A stretch of 64,000 nucleotides of DNA from Macrostomum lignano. Taxonomy: Eukaryota. Of the stretch, positions 13,153 to 26,526 are shown one piece after another. The position numbers and the translations under genes are program-made. Where the stretch lies: assembly GCA_002269645.1 (NCBI GenBank), contig NIVC01000636.1:1-64000 (forward strand), written 5' to 3'. Below the pieces are notes generated by a model. The model searched no databases. It had not been told where the DNA came from and saw only the letters and a list, made by a program, of their open reading frames with translations. Within the stretch, counting starts at the first letter, position 1; every line of letters starts with the position of its first letter.

Positions 13153-13909
13153 TACTTTTTATTATAAGCTTAAATCAAATCAAATCTTAAATCAAATATT
13201 TATTAAGGCTAATAGTGTCTTTATAATAAAATGAATATATTGAATGGTTTAACACAAAGTTCCATTATAAAGTATAAAGTATAAAGTTCTTAGGCCTAAT
13301 AAAAGCTATAGATAAAGTCTTAATTAAATTGAATTAATTGCTGGATAATTAGTAATCTCTTTTGAATAGGGCCTAGCTAGCTACATAATTTGGATTTTTT
13401 AATGTTTCAAATTGTACTTATACCCACTTGTTTCTTGCTAACTTTTTTTAGTTTTAGGAAATTAGGAGTCAGGACCATACATGTCATCCATAGCTTTGCT
13501 ACCCTTTAGTTTAGGCCTGAGGCGACTATATGCATGCATTACCTGACACTGAGCTAGAAATTTATTTCAGGGAGGGCATAGCCAGGAATTTCCTATAGGG
13601 AGGGGGGATACACCAAGGTAAAAGTGCTATGACAGAGTCACATGGTAGCATGTATAGCAACCAAGGGTAACAAAAAAGTTTTGGTCAGGCTTTTCAAGGG
13701 ATACATCCCCCCTCCCTATGCCCCTGGGGGGGAGGCATTCAGCACCCAGAGGAGGGGGTTAGGGCTAGGGGTATAGGAGGGCTGGGTTTTTTCTCTGGAA
13801 TTTCAGGGGGAGGGGCAATTTTTCCTCCAGAATTTGGGGGGGGGGTAAATTTCGTGGGGCGAGGCCCCCTGGCCTGGCTGCGCCACCGACTGACAGCAGT
13901 AGGCCTAGG

Positions 13910-14314
13910 GGCAATCCTACACTTCCGTTCGGTAAATTATTTTAACATTTGAATTCGTACCACCGAGTCAAATGACGTCGATTGGCAATGTGTCTATGGC
14001 CAAAAGTTTGAGCGAACAGAGTTTAAGGGGGTGTCAGTTTAAGGGAGCTGTTGCTTGTGAGCTGCTTGTTTTTTGAGCTTCAATTTCTCATATCTTCCTG
14101 TCTTCAGTGCCATGGCTATAGGCGACCTGCAGCACCCGGGTTCATCATCCCGTTAAACGAGGTTCGAAACACCGCCGAGCTACTCAATCTCAACATGTCG
14201 CTACGGGATCTGCACATCGTCACCCAGGACACGCTGTCTGCAATGCAGTGGTTGGCGAAGTACCATCTGCTTGCCAACACTCGCAACTGTCCATGTGGAA
14301 CAAACATGAAGTAG
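13910..14314 (+). mobile_element. Truncated Merlin (IS1595/ISXO2-like) DNA transposon relic
   Basis: A TIR-like start GGCAATCCTACACTTCCGTTCGGTAAATTATTTT resembles the TIR of the MITE at 41304. It is followed by MSLRDLHIVTQDTLSAMQWLAKYHLLANTRNCPCGTNMK*, which resembles the Merlin N-terminal zinc-finger region. No right TIR was found. Confidence 0.5.
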
Positions 14315-15711
14315 AGAATTAAATGATGATGTATTTCTATGCTCTGCGAGCCCGATAGTCAAGGGCTAAAAAGCTGTCTCATATTATACAACATGTACTT
14401 GTATATTTACAAGTACACACCATGCGTGTAGTCTTCACGCCACGCAGTCAATTATTGCGAAGTTACATCAAGGACTTCTAGACTAACTTCTAGTCTAGAA
14501 GTCCTTGAGTTACATTAGCTATGAGAATTTGAAAGACCCTAAAAAGGGAAATTTACGACACGCACGAACGTGCCTTCAAATTGTTACACGTAGTAAAACA
14601 TTTGAATATACTCGTAGAATAGTCCCCTGAATATCCACTACGCAATATTTTTTCTCAACATCTCTAGACACATTTCCAGATGGCAAGACCATAGTAATAG
14701 GCATCTAGTATTTTCCCATATTTTGTCTGCACATAATTACATTATTATACAGTATCTGCTAATATGACATGTACATGTAAAGGAGAACCCGCCTTAAGTT
14801 GGCACACCGCTCGAGGCTATACCGAGTTTATACTTATACACGTGTATGTTGTATTCTTTCGTCTTGGCGTTTGATTCCGTCTCGGTAATTAAAAATTGCG
14901 CAACCCCTCTCGGGCTCCGTCTCGATCGCGGGCTGTACGTCGATCGGCCTGTCCTCGGCTCATGCATCATGCCGTTCCCTTCCGTAAAAACACGGACCCC
15001 CAAAAAGCTTTATTGAGTCTAGAGACTTAAAGATAAGGCCTACAATATTGATTCTACATGTCTTTTCCCGCCTACACTGCAAGCCTACACTATGGACAAG
15101 AAGACTGATAATCTCCATGCAGCTGCTCCCAATAAATGGGAATTCTTAACTTCGGTTGGCTAAACTATTAAATTGGCTGACAAAATCAATATAACTGCAT
15201 GTGTTTGCTGCATGTTCGCAAAATTGTAGTGCTGTGTATTAATATAAATGTAGCGCACAAGCGTACATTCATTGTGACACGCAGCTTTTCCGAGCTGCAC
15301 TAAAATAACAAAATTCAGCGTATGGATTACGTTGCAATCTGCATGCTGATGTACAATTTGAGTTCAAATGGTACAAAGTACAGCGCGCGTGTCATTATAT
15401 TTAGCAATGCAAACTATCAGCGTACAGTCAGCAGGCTGTCGAGTTGTTGATAACGCGGTGTCACTGAGCTGAGTCACTCAGTTGGAGCTGTAGCAGCCTG
15501 TGCTATACATTGCTTCTGAGATTGCTGGACAGTTAGGAGCTTCGGCAAAATTTATTCAACACAGCTCGACAGGTCTGGTCTGCCTCTGCAAACATTATTG
15601 AATGCATTCAGATAGACGGTTTCTACATGGACTGAGCTCCTGATCTGCAAACACTGTAGCTACAGCTATTAGTGCGAAGGCAGCTGCAAGGCAAGACCTA
15701 ATCATTTAAAA

Positions 15712-18700
15712 ATGACCGACTTGACATCGCAGCTGATTGGCAATGGCAAAATCAAGGTATTAAATACGATCTTTTTTGCTTAACCTGCATGGTCTAGAGC
15801 ACTCAATATGTTGTTCAATGTAGGCCGAAGTTTATTATATGGTGTCCTGATTCACTGAATGGCTTGCGACTTAGCCTGCTGATCCCACTGTGACTAGGAG
15901 CTAGTTCACTCACTCACTCACTCACTCACTCACTCACTCACTCACTCACTCACTCACTCACTCACTCACTCACTCACTCACTCACTCACTCACTCACTCA
16001 CTTACTCACTCACTCACTCACTCACTCACTCACTTACTCACTCACTTACTCACTCACTCACTCACTCACTCACTCACTCACTCAATCACTCACTCACTCA
16101 CTCACTCACTTACTCACTCACTCACTCACTCACTCACTCACTCACTCACTCACTCACTCACTCACTCACTCACTCACTCACTCACTCACTCACTCACTCA
16201 CTCACTTACTCACTCACTCACTCACTCACTCACTCACTCACTCACTCACTCACTCACTCACTCACTCACTCACTTACTCACTCACTCACTCACTTACTCA
16301 CTCACTCACTCACTGACTCACTCACTCACTCACTCACTCACTCACTCACTCACTCACTCACTCACCCAGAGTCTGCGCATTCGGCCCCGGCCGCAGCCCC
16401 GCCTGTCGCTGTGCCGGAAGCTGCTGTTCGGCCTGGCCGCGCCGCCACTGCAGATGACGAGCAACATCTGCGGCTTCTTCTTCAGCATCTACCTGCTGGA
16501 GGCTGTGCGCCTCAGTCCTGCCCAGGTGTCCGCCATCACCTTTGCGGGCAGACTGTGGGACGCCGCCACCGACCCGCTGGTTGGCCAGCTGGTGCTGCGG
16601 ACTCGAACCCGGTGCGGCCGCACGAAGCCGTGGCTGGCCGCGGCCACCGCGCTGGGCCCGGCCGCCTTCCTGGCCATGTGGCTGAGCGGCAGCGCCGGCT
16701 CCGCGTTCTCCTACCACCTGCTGAGCTACCTGGCCTACTGCGCCTGCATCACGGTGAGACACGGAGCATTCATTGAAATAGCAATTGCAGCACCCAGTGT
16801 GCCTTCTGGGTGCAGACCTTCCCGATCATGTCGCGCCAGTAAGATATAGAGCGGAATCCAGAGCCCAGCAGCAGTCAACAGACTCGCCATGGATGATGTG
16901 GATTTGGAGTACGTGAATCTGATTCTGAGTACGTGAATCGGATTTGGAGTACGTGAATCGGATTTGGAGTACGTGAATCTGATTCTGAGTACGTGAATCG
17001 GATTTGGAGTACGTGAATCTGATTCTGAGTACGTGAATCGGATTTGGAGTACGTGAATCGGATTTGGAGTACGTGAATCTGATTCTGAGTACGTGAATCG
17101 GATTTGGAGTACGTGAATCTGATTCTGAGTACGTGAATCTGATTCTGAGTACGTGAATCGGGTTTTGAATACGTGAATCGGATTCTGAGTACGTGAATCG
17201 GGTTTTGAGTACGTGAATCGGATTTGAGCACGTGAATCGGATTTTGAGTACATGAATAAAATTTTGATTACGTGAATCGGGTTTTGAGTACGTGAATCGG
17301 ATTCTGAGTACGTGAATCGGATTTTGAGTACGGTGTAATCGGATTTTGAGCACGTGAATCGGATTCTGAGTACGTGAATCGGATTTTGAGTACGGTGTAA
17401 TCGGATTTTGAGTACATTAATCAAATTTTGATTACGTGAATCGGGTTTTGAGTACGTGAATCGGATTTTGAGTACGTGAATCGGATTTTGAGTACGTGAA
17501 TCGGATTTGAGCACGTGAATCGGATTTTGAGTACGTAAATCGGATTTTGAGTACGTGAATCGGATTTTGAGTACGGTGTAATCGGATTCTGAGTACGTGA
17601 ATCGGATTTTGAGTACGGTGTAATCGGATTCTGAGTACGTGAATCGGATTTTGAGTACATGAATCAAATTTTGAGTACATGAATCAAATTTTGATTACGT
17701 GAATCGGGTTTTGAGTACGTGAATCGGATTTTGAGTACGTAAATCGGATTTTGAGTACGTGAATCAGATTTTGAATACATGAATCGGATTTTAAGTACGT
17801 GAATCGGATTTTGAGTACGTGAATCGGATTTTGAGTACATGAATCGAGTTTTCAAGTCTCCTGGAAGGTTTGGCCATCGAGAGCGGTTTCGTTGATAAAG
17901 AATGAACCAATAAACAGGGGAGGGAGTGAGCAGCCGCGTCTAAAGTCCAAGATGCTTGGAGCTGAAGTTCCCTCACGCATACGCTTTGGTTAAAAAATTC
18001 GAACCAAGGACCGCTGAGGTTATTTTTTGCAGCATCAAATTTTCCTTGGATTTCGCTCTGTCAGCCCCCGAATTCAAACCAGTGCATGGCTTTTGAAGAA
18101 AAGGACTTGGCTGCATTGCTTTAAATACGAGTACTTGACTGCTTTTTAATAGAGACGTCTCGAGGAAATTGTCCAGCTTACCATTGTCCAGCTTCCACTC
18201 CCCATCGCACTTTTATCCCGGCCCCACCCACAGTGCTACCACGTGCCCTACGCCTCTTCCACCATGCTGATCTCCAACAGCGCTGAGGACAAGGACGGCG
18301 CCACCGCCTGCAGAATCGGCTTCGAGTTGCTGTTCACCATCATCGGCACCGGCGTCTTCGGCGCCGTCAGCGGCCGCCACCGCCTGGCGGCCGACTGCGG
18401 AGCCGGCGACTCCGGCGGGGCGGACTCGCCCGAACTGCTGCAGGCGGAAGTGAGCAACGCCTCAGCTTTATGAATTTTCTATGGCTTCCAGTGCTGTGAA
18501 AATTTTCTGGACTCGGGTATCGGGACTCGGGTATCGGGACTCGGGTATCGGGACTCGGGTATCGGGACTCGGGTATCGGGACTCGGGTATCGGGACTCGG
18601 GTATCGGGACTCGGGTATCGGGACTCGGGTATCGGGACTCGGGTATCGGGACTCGGGTATCGGGACTCGGGTATCGGGACTCGGGTATCGGGACTCGGGT

Positions 18701-21466
18701 ATCGGGACTCGGGTATCGGGACTCGGGTATCGGGACTCGGGTATCGGGACTCGGGTATCGGGACTCGGGTATCGGGACTCGGGTATCGGGACTCGGGTAT
18801 CGGGACTCGGGTATCGGGACTCGGGTATCGGGACTCGGGTATCGGGACTCGGGTATCGGGACTCGGGTATCGGGACTCGGGTATCGGGACTCGGGTATCG
18901 GGACTCGGGTATCGGGACTCGGGTATCGGGACTCGGGTATCGGGACTCGGGTATCGGGACTCGGGTATCGGGACTCGGGTATCGGGACTCGGGTATCGGG
19001 ACTCGGGTATCGGGACTCGGGTATCGGGACTCGGGTATCGGGACTCGGGTATCGGGACTCGGGTATCGGACTCGGGTATCGGGACTCGGGTATCGGGACT
19101 CGGGTATCGGGACTCGGGTATCGGGACTCGGGTATCGGGACTCGGGTATCGGGACTCGGGTATCGGGACTCGGGTATCGGGACTCGGGTATCGGGACTCG
19201 GGTATCGGGACTCGGGTATCGGGACTCGGGTATCGGGACTCGGGTATCGGGACTCAGCTGACAGTTTAAACCCAAACGTTCTTCAACATCATGCATTTTC
19301 CTCGTAGCGTCGCGGCTACGCCCTCGCCGCGCTGGTGATCGCCGGGATCTACTTCGCCTGCGGTCTGTTCGCCACCTTCGGCATCCGGGAGCGGGTCCGG
19401 CTGGACGCCAGGCGGGACTCCCTGCTGAGCAACGTGCGCAGCGTCCTGGCATTCCGGCCATACGTGTTGCTCATGCTGGCCTTCCTCTGCATGTCTCTGG
19501 GCATTCAGGTGGGTCGCAAAATCAGCTGCAAATTGAAGCCCCCCAAGACTGGACTGAGGTGGACTTTTTCTCTGAAAAAAATGTTAAATCTTTACCAAAT
19601 GCTCCACAAATTCTTCAAATGCTCCACAATTGCTTGGGGCAGAGCAGCTCAGCGGTAAATGCGCCTTACTCTCGGGCCACGATCCTTGGTTTGATCCCGT
19701 GGGAAGCCACCGTAATTTGGGGTTTGCGCAGGAAAATTGGCCGGCGGTTGTCGGTGTTGGCGCGCTTGTGAGTGCTCAGGAGACAGCGGAACGGGCAGAA
19801 TTACTGATGCAGCGATGCTTTGATTTTCACTCAACTCATGTCAGTTGTGAAGAATTTATTCAGCTTTCAAAAGTGATCCAGGGACTGAATTCGCTCCATA
19901 TGTGTAATGACTTGAGAGTGAGTCTTGGAGTTTAGTTCAAGGCTCTGCCTGGGAGCGGATCCCGTGAGCAGGCAGGCAGTCAGTAAAAAAGTGGAGAGAC
20001 TGAGGGGGTCGTGTTTACCGTTATATTTCTGGGCTCTGGGGCCCGAACCGTATAGGCGTGCTGTGGCACGAACACAAACGTACAGGAGATATGTAGCATG
20101 AAGCAATGGGGAGCGTGCAGTGGGGGTGACTCGGGTGAGTCAGTGAGGGGGACAATCGGTGCTGCTTAGTCAGTGGGAGAACGCATACTGGGCCTGCTGC
20201 GGAGGGTCCGCAGCCCAGGCCAGGACAATATGGACTTGCCGCCCTCCCCCGCAGACGGTGCAGGCCAACCTGGGCCTGTACACCACGCACAGCCTCGGCA
20301 TGGGCGGCCACATGAACTCGGGCATCTTCACTGTGCTCACCGTGGCCGTCCTGCTGGTGCCGTTCTGGGCCAGGATGAGCGGCAGGTTCGGCAAGAAGCG
20401 AATCTTCATGATTGGGCTGCTGGTGAGCTGCCTGGAGTGCTGCTGATTGTTTTACAATCGGGTTCTCAATCTGGCTCCTGAGATTTCTCCCGGTCTGGAG
20501 ACGAAATCTTCTATAGTAGGCCTCTGTCTGACCTCCATCCCCGCCGGAAGTTATAGGACTCAGGATTATCACACCAGGACTCAGGATTATCACACCAGGA
20601 CTCAGGATTATCACACCAGGACTCACAATTATCACACCAGGACTCAGGATTATCACACCAGGACTCAGGATTATCACATCAGGACTCACAATTATTACAC
20701 CAGGACTGAGAATTATAGTATCAGGACTCAAAATTGTCACAGGACTCAGGATTATCACATCAGAACTCAAGGTGTCACATTAGGACCTGAAGATTATCAC
20801 ATCAGGACTCGAGTTTATCCCACCAGGACTCAGGATTATCACATCAGGACTCGAGTTTATCACACCAGGACTCAGGATTATCACATCAGGACTCAAGGTG
20901 TCCCGTTAGAACTCAAAGTACCCACTCTGGGGCTAAGGCACTTCAAATCAGGCTCTTGAGACGCTACTCATCATGCGCTGCCAGCCCATGCAGTGACTCA
21001 CTCAGAAAGCCCGCCCGCCCCGAACCCGCAGCCGCAGCTGCCCTGTCTGATGCTGGCCACGGCGCTGCCGCCCAACAGCGTCGCCGCCTACTACGCAGTC
21101 ATCGGGGTGTCCGGCGTGTCCATCTCGGTGGCCATGCTGCTGCCCTGGTCCATGCTGCCTGACGTCATCGATGACTTCTACTGCCGCACTGGGGAGCGCA
21201 GGGAGGCCACCTTCTACTCCCTGTACGTGTTCTTCACCAAGTTCGCCTCCGGGCTCAGCCTCGCCCTCTCGCAGCTGGTGCTCAGCTTCAGCGGCTACGA
21301 CAGCAACTCGTGCGAGCAGCCGTACTCCGTGGCCCTGGCACTGCGCTACCTGCTCGGCCCCGGGCCCATTGTGTGCGTCTGCCTGGCCCTGCTGCTGATG
21401 CACTTCTACCCGATCGACAAGCCGTACCGGGAGGGGCTCAACGACCGGCTGTTGGAGAAGCTGTGA
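15712..21466 (+). CDS. MFSD2-like major facilitator superfamily transporter (MelB/GPH family)
   Basis: Exons 15712-15756 (tentative), 16370-16753, 18234-18449, 19308-19508, 20255-20422 and 21038-21466, all phase 0. Motifs: IYLLE, GRLWDAATDPLVG, GRTKPW, CYHVPY, LLPWSMLPDVIDDF, FYSLYVFFTKFASG, YPID, matching MFSD2A/B as recalled. Confidence 0.9.
15907..16364. repeat. (CACT)n microsatellite running up to the splice acceptor
   Basis: ~455 bp of CACT with a few CTTA variants, ending CTCACCCAG|AGT. Confidence 0.97.
16900..17845. repeat. 20-bp intronic minisatellite
   Basis: Unit GAGTACGTGAATCGGATTTT. Confidence 0.95.
18508..19256. repeat. Highly homogeneous 14-bp CpG-rich intronic array
   Basis: (GGGTATCGGGACTC)n, with one single-base deletion seen near 19068. 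Confidence 0.97.
19637..19710 (+). mobile_element. tRNA-derived head (SINE fragment or tRNA pseudogene) in an MFSD2-like intron
   Basis: A-box-like AGCTCAGCGGTA (~19646-19657) and B-box-like GGTTTGATCCC (19688-19698). No convincing acceptor stem. Confidence 0.5.
20556..20896. repeat. 21-bp intronic minisatellite
   Basis: Unit AGGACTCAGGATTATCACACC. Confidence 0.9.
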
Positions 21467-23083
21467 GCACTGTTATTATACTGTAGGTCAGTAATCTGTA
21501 GAAATGCATCTCCAATCTACTTCACCGCTCCCATCCCCACTTATGCCATTAAAGCAACTCAAACTTTGTATCGTCAAGCTACGGCTCAGCGGATCAACAT
21601 CAGTCAGAGGGCCCGCTGATAGGGGACAGGCAGGACTCGGTGCCATGCTCCCGCCAGCCCGCATCATCTGTAGAGAGCAGATACCAACTTCAGAAATAGG
21701 ACATCGACTGCAGAGGCCGGAATCGACCGCCTATTGAATAGCAGTATAAATTATACCATATGCCGCATCTTATACGTTAGGGATACGCTCTGTTAAGCTC
21801 TACCACGTTCGAATCAGCAAAATGACAAGTAACTTAAAAATACTTTAAATCTACCAAGGACTACTTAAGAACACTTAAGTAGTGCTTGAAATCTACTTGC
21901 ATTAATTCAACTCAGAGTGAACCAGTATTTTTCTGCGCCACACGGATTCTCTCCAACCAACTATTTCATTTAATTTTCCAATATATCAGATTTTTTGTAT
22001 AAAAATGTCACAACCTTTGGTTGCCGCCTTCGCTTACTTGTTTTACCAAAAGTTATACAAAGTTTACAACGTTTACAAAGTTTATAATTGACGTGCTATG
22101 CGTAGCATGTCACATAAACATGTGTGCCATGCATGTTCATGTCTATATAATAGTTAGTTTGGTTTATCTTTATAAGAAAGTAACTACATGGATATATTTT
22201 GGCAAAATGGGGTGAAAGGGAGGCAATGAAAAAAGGCGTCTGTGGGCTAAATGAAACCCCATGCACTTTCATGGAGCCAGGCTGCATGTGTTCCAAAATT
22301 TGGATCATCAAAATAAAATTTTCTGCGACATGGTTAGTTTTCTCAATCCTAGTTTTTATTTCGATACTTACTACTTTACTGACTCATTTTTTACCAACTA
22401 AAAATTAGATAACGAGGCGAAAACATATTTAATACTAAGGTTTGTTACTTCAATCTCTTAGCAAAAGTTTAAGTTTGATATTTTCTATGATGCGTAACAA
22501 GGACGACTTTAAGTACTTCAGTTGTCCTTGGCATATGTATCGTTCGTTTTACACCCGAGGCAATAGAAGAAAGCAAATTTTTGGAAGAGCCCAAACAGAA
22601 AGCAGCTTGGCTGCAATTTTTTTATTTATTTTTGTAAGGCAAATTTTAGTATATTTAGCCCTCATGTTCCAGTTACATAGCAGAGGCCTAGGTCATTGAC
22701 TAACTGACATAGGCCTAGCTCATTAGTTTAATAATAATTTCCGGTTGTCAGTCAGGTCAGAGGCGAGGAACTGAAAGCTTATCATATTATAAAAACTTAT
22801 CATAACATAAAATAACTCAGAAAATTAGTAAACTATTTTTGAAATCAATATACATAAAAGTCATAAAATTGCAAATATTATTGCCTATTTATTGTATTGT
22901 TTGTATATATGGGAAGAATTGTTAAATAATGATTCAGTAGGCTACAATATGAATATGCTCAAATTAGGATATTGGCTTAGTAGTAGTAGTTGTTGATTGC
23001 ATATCTGGCCTTATTGGAGTAAGTACAATCAAATATATTATTATATTAATGTATTTTTATTTAACTTTTGCTTATTTTATATG

Positions 23084-23747
23084 GGTGCCAGGCTTTTTTG
23101 GCGATAGTTGATTTCGGCGACATTAAAAAGTGTGACTTTGACGACAAGCAATGTAAAAAGGTACGTTTTGTCAACAATTTTGGCTGCAGTGTGGCAGGCC
23201 CTTAGAGTAGCCTTTCCTGAGGCCAACTTTATGCGCTGCCTGTTCCACTACACTCAAGCATTATGGCACAACGTTCAACAAATTGGCTTGCAAGGCTAGT
23301 ACGTGAACAACATTGAAACACAGCAGGTCTGTAGGAAGTTCATGGCATTTCCATTTCTACCAGTGAACCTAATTGAGCACGGCTTTTACATTCTTCGTGC
23401 AAGTATTGATCGTCGTGATAAGCCTTTGTTAGCATCATTTGCCGACTATGTCTAGGTAGGTGCAAATGGATATTGTGGAGCAAATTGGTTGCATCTCTTG
23501 CCTGCACACTTGTTTGTTGTATTTAACAAAAAGTTAAAGTATTTTGTAGGCTGTAGGCGGTTACGGTAGGATTTAGACACATTGGTTATGTTAGTAAGAA
23601 TATAATAAAAAGACTAAATAAATAGCCATAGAAAGTGATTTGTGAAAATGAAAAAGAAACTTTTCGCCGAATTTAACATTGCTTGTTGCCAAAGTGACCA
23701 TTTTCCGTGTCGCCAAAATTAACTATTGCCGAAATGCCTGGAATTCT
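23084..23747 (+). mobile_element. Degenerate MULE (Mutator-like) element with an internal transposase fragment
   Basis: Diverged ~75-bp TIRs at ~23084-23158 and ~23660-23747. The internal peptide ALRVAFPEANFMRCLFHYTQALWHNVQQIGLQG*YVNN...FMAFPFLP carries the MULE CxFH motif and in-frame stops. Confidence 0.75.
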
Positions 23748-23981
23748 TACTAGATTATAATAGTTATCTAGGGGAGGTAAGGGTAGTTGCCTCCCACTTA
23801 CATGGAAACCTAAAAATCAAAGGGGGACCAAGTTGCATATAAACTAAGTGTTATATAATTATGTCCTTAGGTAGACATAGGATATTTTTTTCAAAATATA
23901 TAGCTACCACCTTTATCCCCTTGGGTTTTTTCTCTCTAGAATCTACCAACTTGAACAAATTTCTAGGTATATTACTAGATT

Positions 23982-24262
23982 GGATTATAGTCATTTCAGT
24001 AATAGGACATTTTGGTAACAGTCATTTTGGTGACAAGAAAAATACCCTTTGGACTTTGGTGATAGCAATTTTGTTTTTTTAATTTTTTAATAATTATCTG
24101 CAATGGTTAAGTATTGCTTTTTTAATTTTGTTTATTTACAATTCCAGAGTTGCAATCTTTTGTGTGTCTATAACAAAAGCAACTTGTCACCAAAACAACT
24201 ATTTGTCACCAAAATGTCTATCACCAAAATGACTTGTTACCGAAATGACTGGTAGGCCTACC
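23982..24262. mobile_element. 281-bp MULE-type MITE with 9-bp TSD
   Basis: Begins GG and ends CC, with subterminal inverted GTCATTT...TTTTGGTGACAAG repeats. Flanked by TACTAGATT at 23973-23981 and 24263-24271. Confidence 0.75.
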
Positions 24263-24315
24263 TACTAGATTGTAATATGCTTATAGCTTAGTTTAGGCCT
24301 AGACATATTATAGTA

Positions 24316-26101
24316 CGAGGGGTGTCCCAAAAGTTCCCGGAGTGTCTAACGTAGCTCTTCAACAGAGCCATGAAATTTCATGCCCATGGTGTCAAATGAA
24401 AGGAAATTTTGTCACAAAGAATACAAAGTTAAAATCATGTTGATATCTTTTTTTATTCAAGAGCTACAGCAAGAAACTTGCGCAAAGGTCAGGGGTAGTG
24501 TTACACAACCTCAACAATCTATGGCAATAATTTTTTCATCTCCATTTTTGGAATTTTATCATTTTGAATTTGTGCTACTGACGTGTTAGAAAGACGTGGT
24601 AGTGTCTATGGAAAAAAGCAGAAATGCTCATAAAGCTAATCTGAGCTTTTGCGCGAGTGCAGATAATTCGTACCAAGCGCTTGCTTTCAACTTGAAATTT
24701 CTTTGCAAAAATGAGTTCTCTTCAGAGCCTTGAAAGTCAGTGAATTCAAGTTTTTGCCCTTTGGTCAGTAGGATGGAGTGGAGCCAAGATTTCTGACCAC
24801 TTATTCTCCATCCACGGTGAGAACAGCCTGAAAAAAACTGCAATTTACGGATGGATCGAACGCTTTAGAGATGGCCAGTCTGCTGTGAATGATCAGCCAC
24901 GCTCTGGCCGTCCTTGCACGTCGGGTGGAGAGACATCCCATCAACGGATCGAGGCCCTGCTGGACTCGGATGCCCGCTTGACTATTCGAGAGATCTCTGA
25001 TCAATTGGATATTGCCAAGTCGACTGTCCATCGAATAATCGTCAACGATCTGGGTCTCTCAAAGATCTCAGCCCGCTGGGTTCCCCGTCTCCTCACACTG
25101 GAGCTCAGGGCACAACGACTGAGCGTCGCCAAGTCCAACATTGAGCTCATTCAGAGGCAAGGTGGCTGGAGCGACTTTGGTAAGCTGATCATTTCTGGTG
25201 ACGAGACCTGGATTCCGTTTTTTGATCCTGAGACAAAAGAAGAAAGCCGGGTTTGGACAAAGAAAGGGTCACCTGCCCCTGTGAAGGCTCGGCGAGACCA
25301 GCATTCGAAAAAAGTCATGCTGACTCTCTTCTTTGACCACTGTGGTCCACTGACCATTGATTTTCTGGAGGAAGGGACCACCATCAATGCTGATCGCTAC
25401 GTTGCTAGCCTGGCCAGACTAAAGGATGATGTGAGAAACAAGCGGCGTCATTCTGGTGAGAAGCCCTGCTTTTTGCACCATGACAATGCTCGGCCACACA
25501 CCGCTAGAAAGACGATGGCGCAGATCAACCAGCTGAATTTTGAGTTGGTGCCTCACCCGCCCTACTCGCTAGACTTGGCCCCTGCCGATTTTGCCATCTT
25601 TCCACAAATTAAAAAACTTCTTTGTGGCCGGGTGTTCCAGAACTGCAGTGAACTTGAAGACTTCACTCGTCGCGTCATCCTGCATGAAATGCCTCGAACT
25701 GTTTTTGCCCAGGCCATCGATGGCATGCTTTCAAGGTGGCAGAGGTGTGTCCAGCTGAATGGGGACTACGTGGAGAAGCCGCAGGTTGAGCTTGACGATT
25801 CGCTTTGAATTTTGAATTGGTTCATGCCCATCATCGGCACCCATTTCATCAACGGTATGAACTGTTCTGTGTTTTATTGTTTAAAATCATTGTCATAGAT
25901 TGTTGAGGTTGTGTAACACTACCCCTGACCTTTGCGCGAGTTTCTTGCTGTAGCTCTTGAATAAAAAAAGATATCAACATGATTTTAACTTTGTATTCTT
26001 TGTGACAAAATTTCCTTTCATTTGACACCATGGGCGTGAAATTTCATGGCTCTGTTGAAGAGCTACGTTAGACATTCCGGGAACTTTTGGGACACCCCTC
26101 G
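24316..26101 (+). mobile_element. Mariner (DD34D) transposon, 1786 bp, TA TSD, ~219-bp TIRs
   Basis: TA|CGAGGGGTGTCCC...GGGACACCCCTCG|TA. The TIRs at 24316-24534 and 25883-26101 are nearly identical. Confidence 0.95.
24711..25808 (+). pseudogene. Mariner transposase (365 codons) with one premature stop
   Basis: ATG 24711 is in frame with ORF 24885..25808, with TGA at 24741-24743. Motifs: PRSGRP, WVPRLL, GDETW, HHDNARPH, HPPYSLDLAPADF (34 residues between the 2nd and 3rd Asp). Confidence 0.9.
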
Positions 26102-26526
26102 TAATTTAGTTAGACTAGGGAGAGTCTTACTTAGACTTAAATTTTTACCAATTGTCATTAAAAGTTTAAAACAATATAATTTTATATATTAGATAAGTCA
26201 TAGATAGGTAATAGACTGTATCTCAATCTAATATTGAAACCATTTTAATTTTTTTCCTACAAATCAAATATATAGTTTATAAGTATATCTAAACTGTTCT
26301 ACATCTAATTTATTCCTTTTGAATGTTAGTTATTTATCATAGTATAAATTATTACACTTTTTACTAAATTTAAAATTTTAAAAATACAAAGTGCTTCAAG
26401 TTAGCATAAGAGATAATTCTCTTTAATGCATGATCTCTTCCATAGCATGACTATTGGTTTTTTAAACAAAAGTTTTCCTAATTAAAAATTTCAGTAGAGT
26501 CTTCAAAGACCAGCAAAGAATTTAGC

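Noticed and set aside
13568-13890. Possible non-autonomous element with short inverted ends GGCATAGCCAGG / CCTGGCTGCGCC
   Set aside because: The inverted match is short and imperfect, and no TSD was identified.
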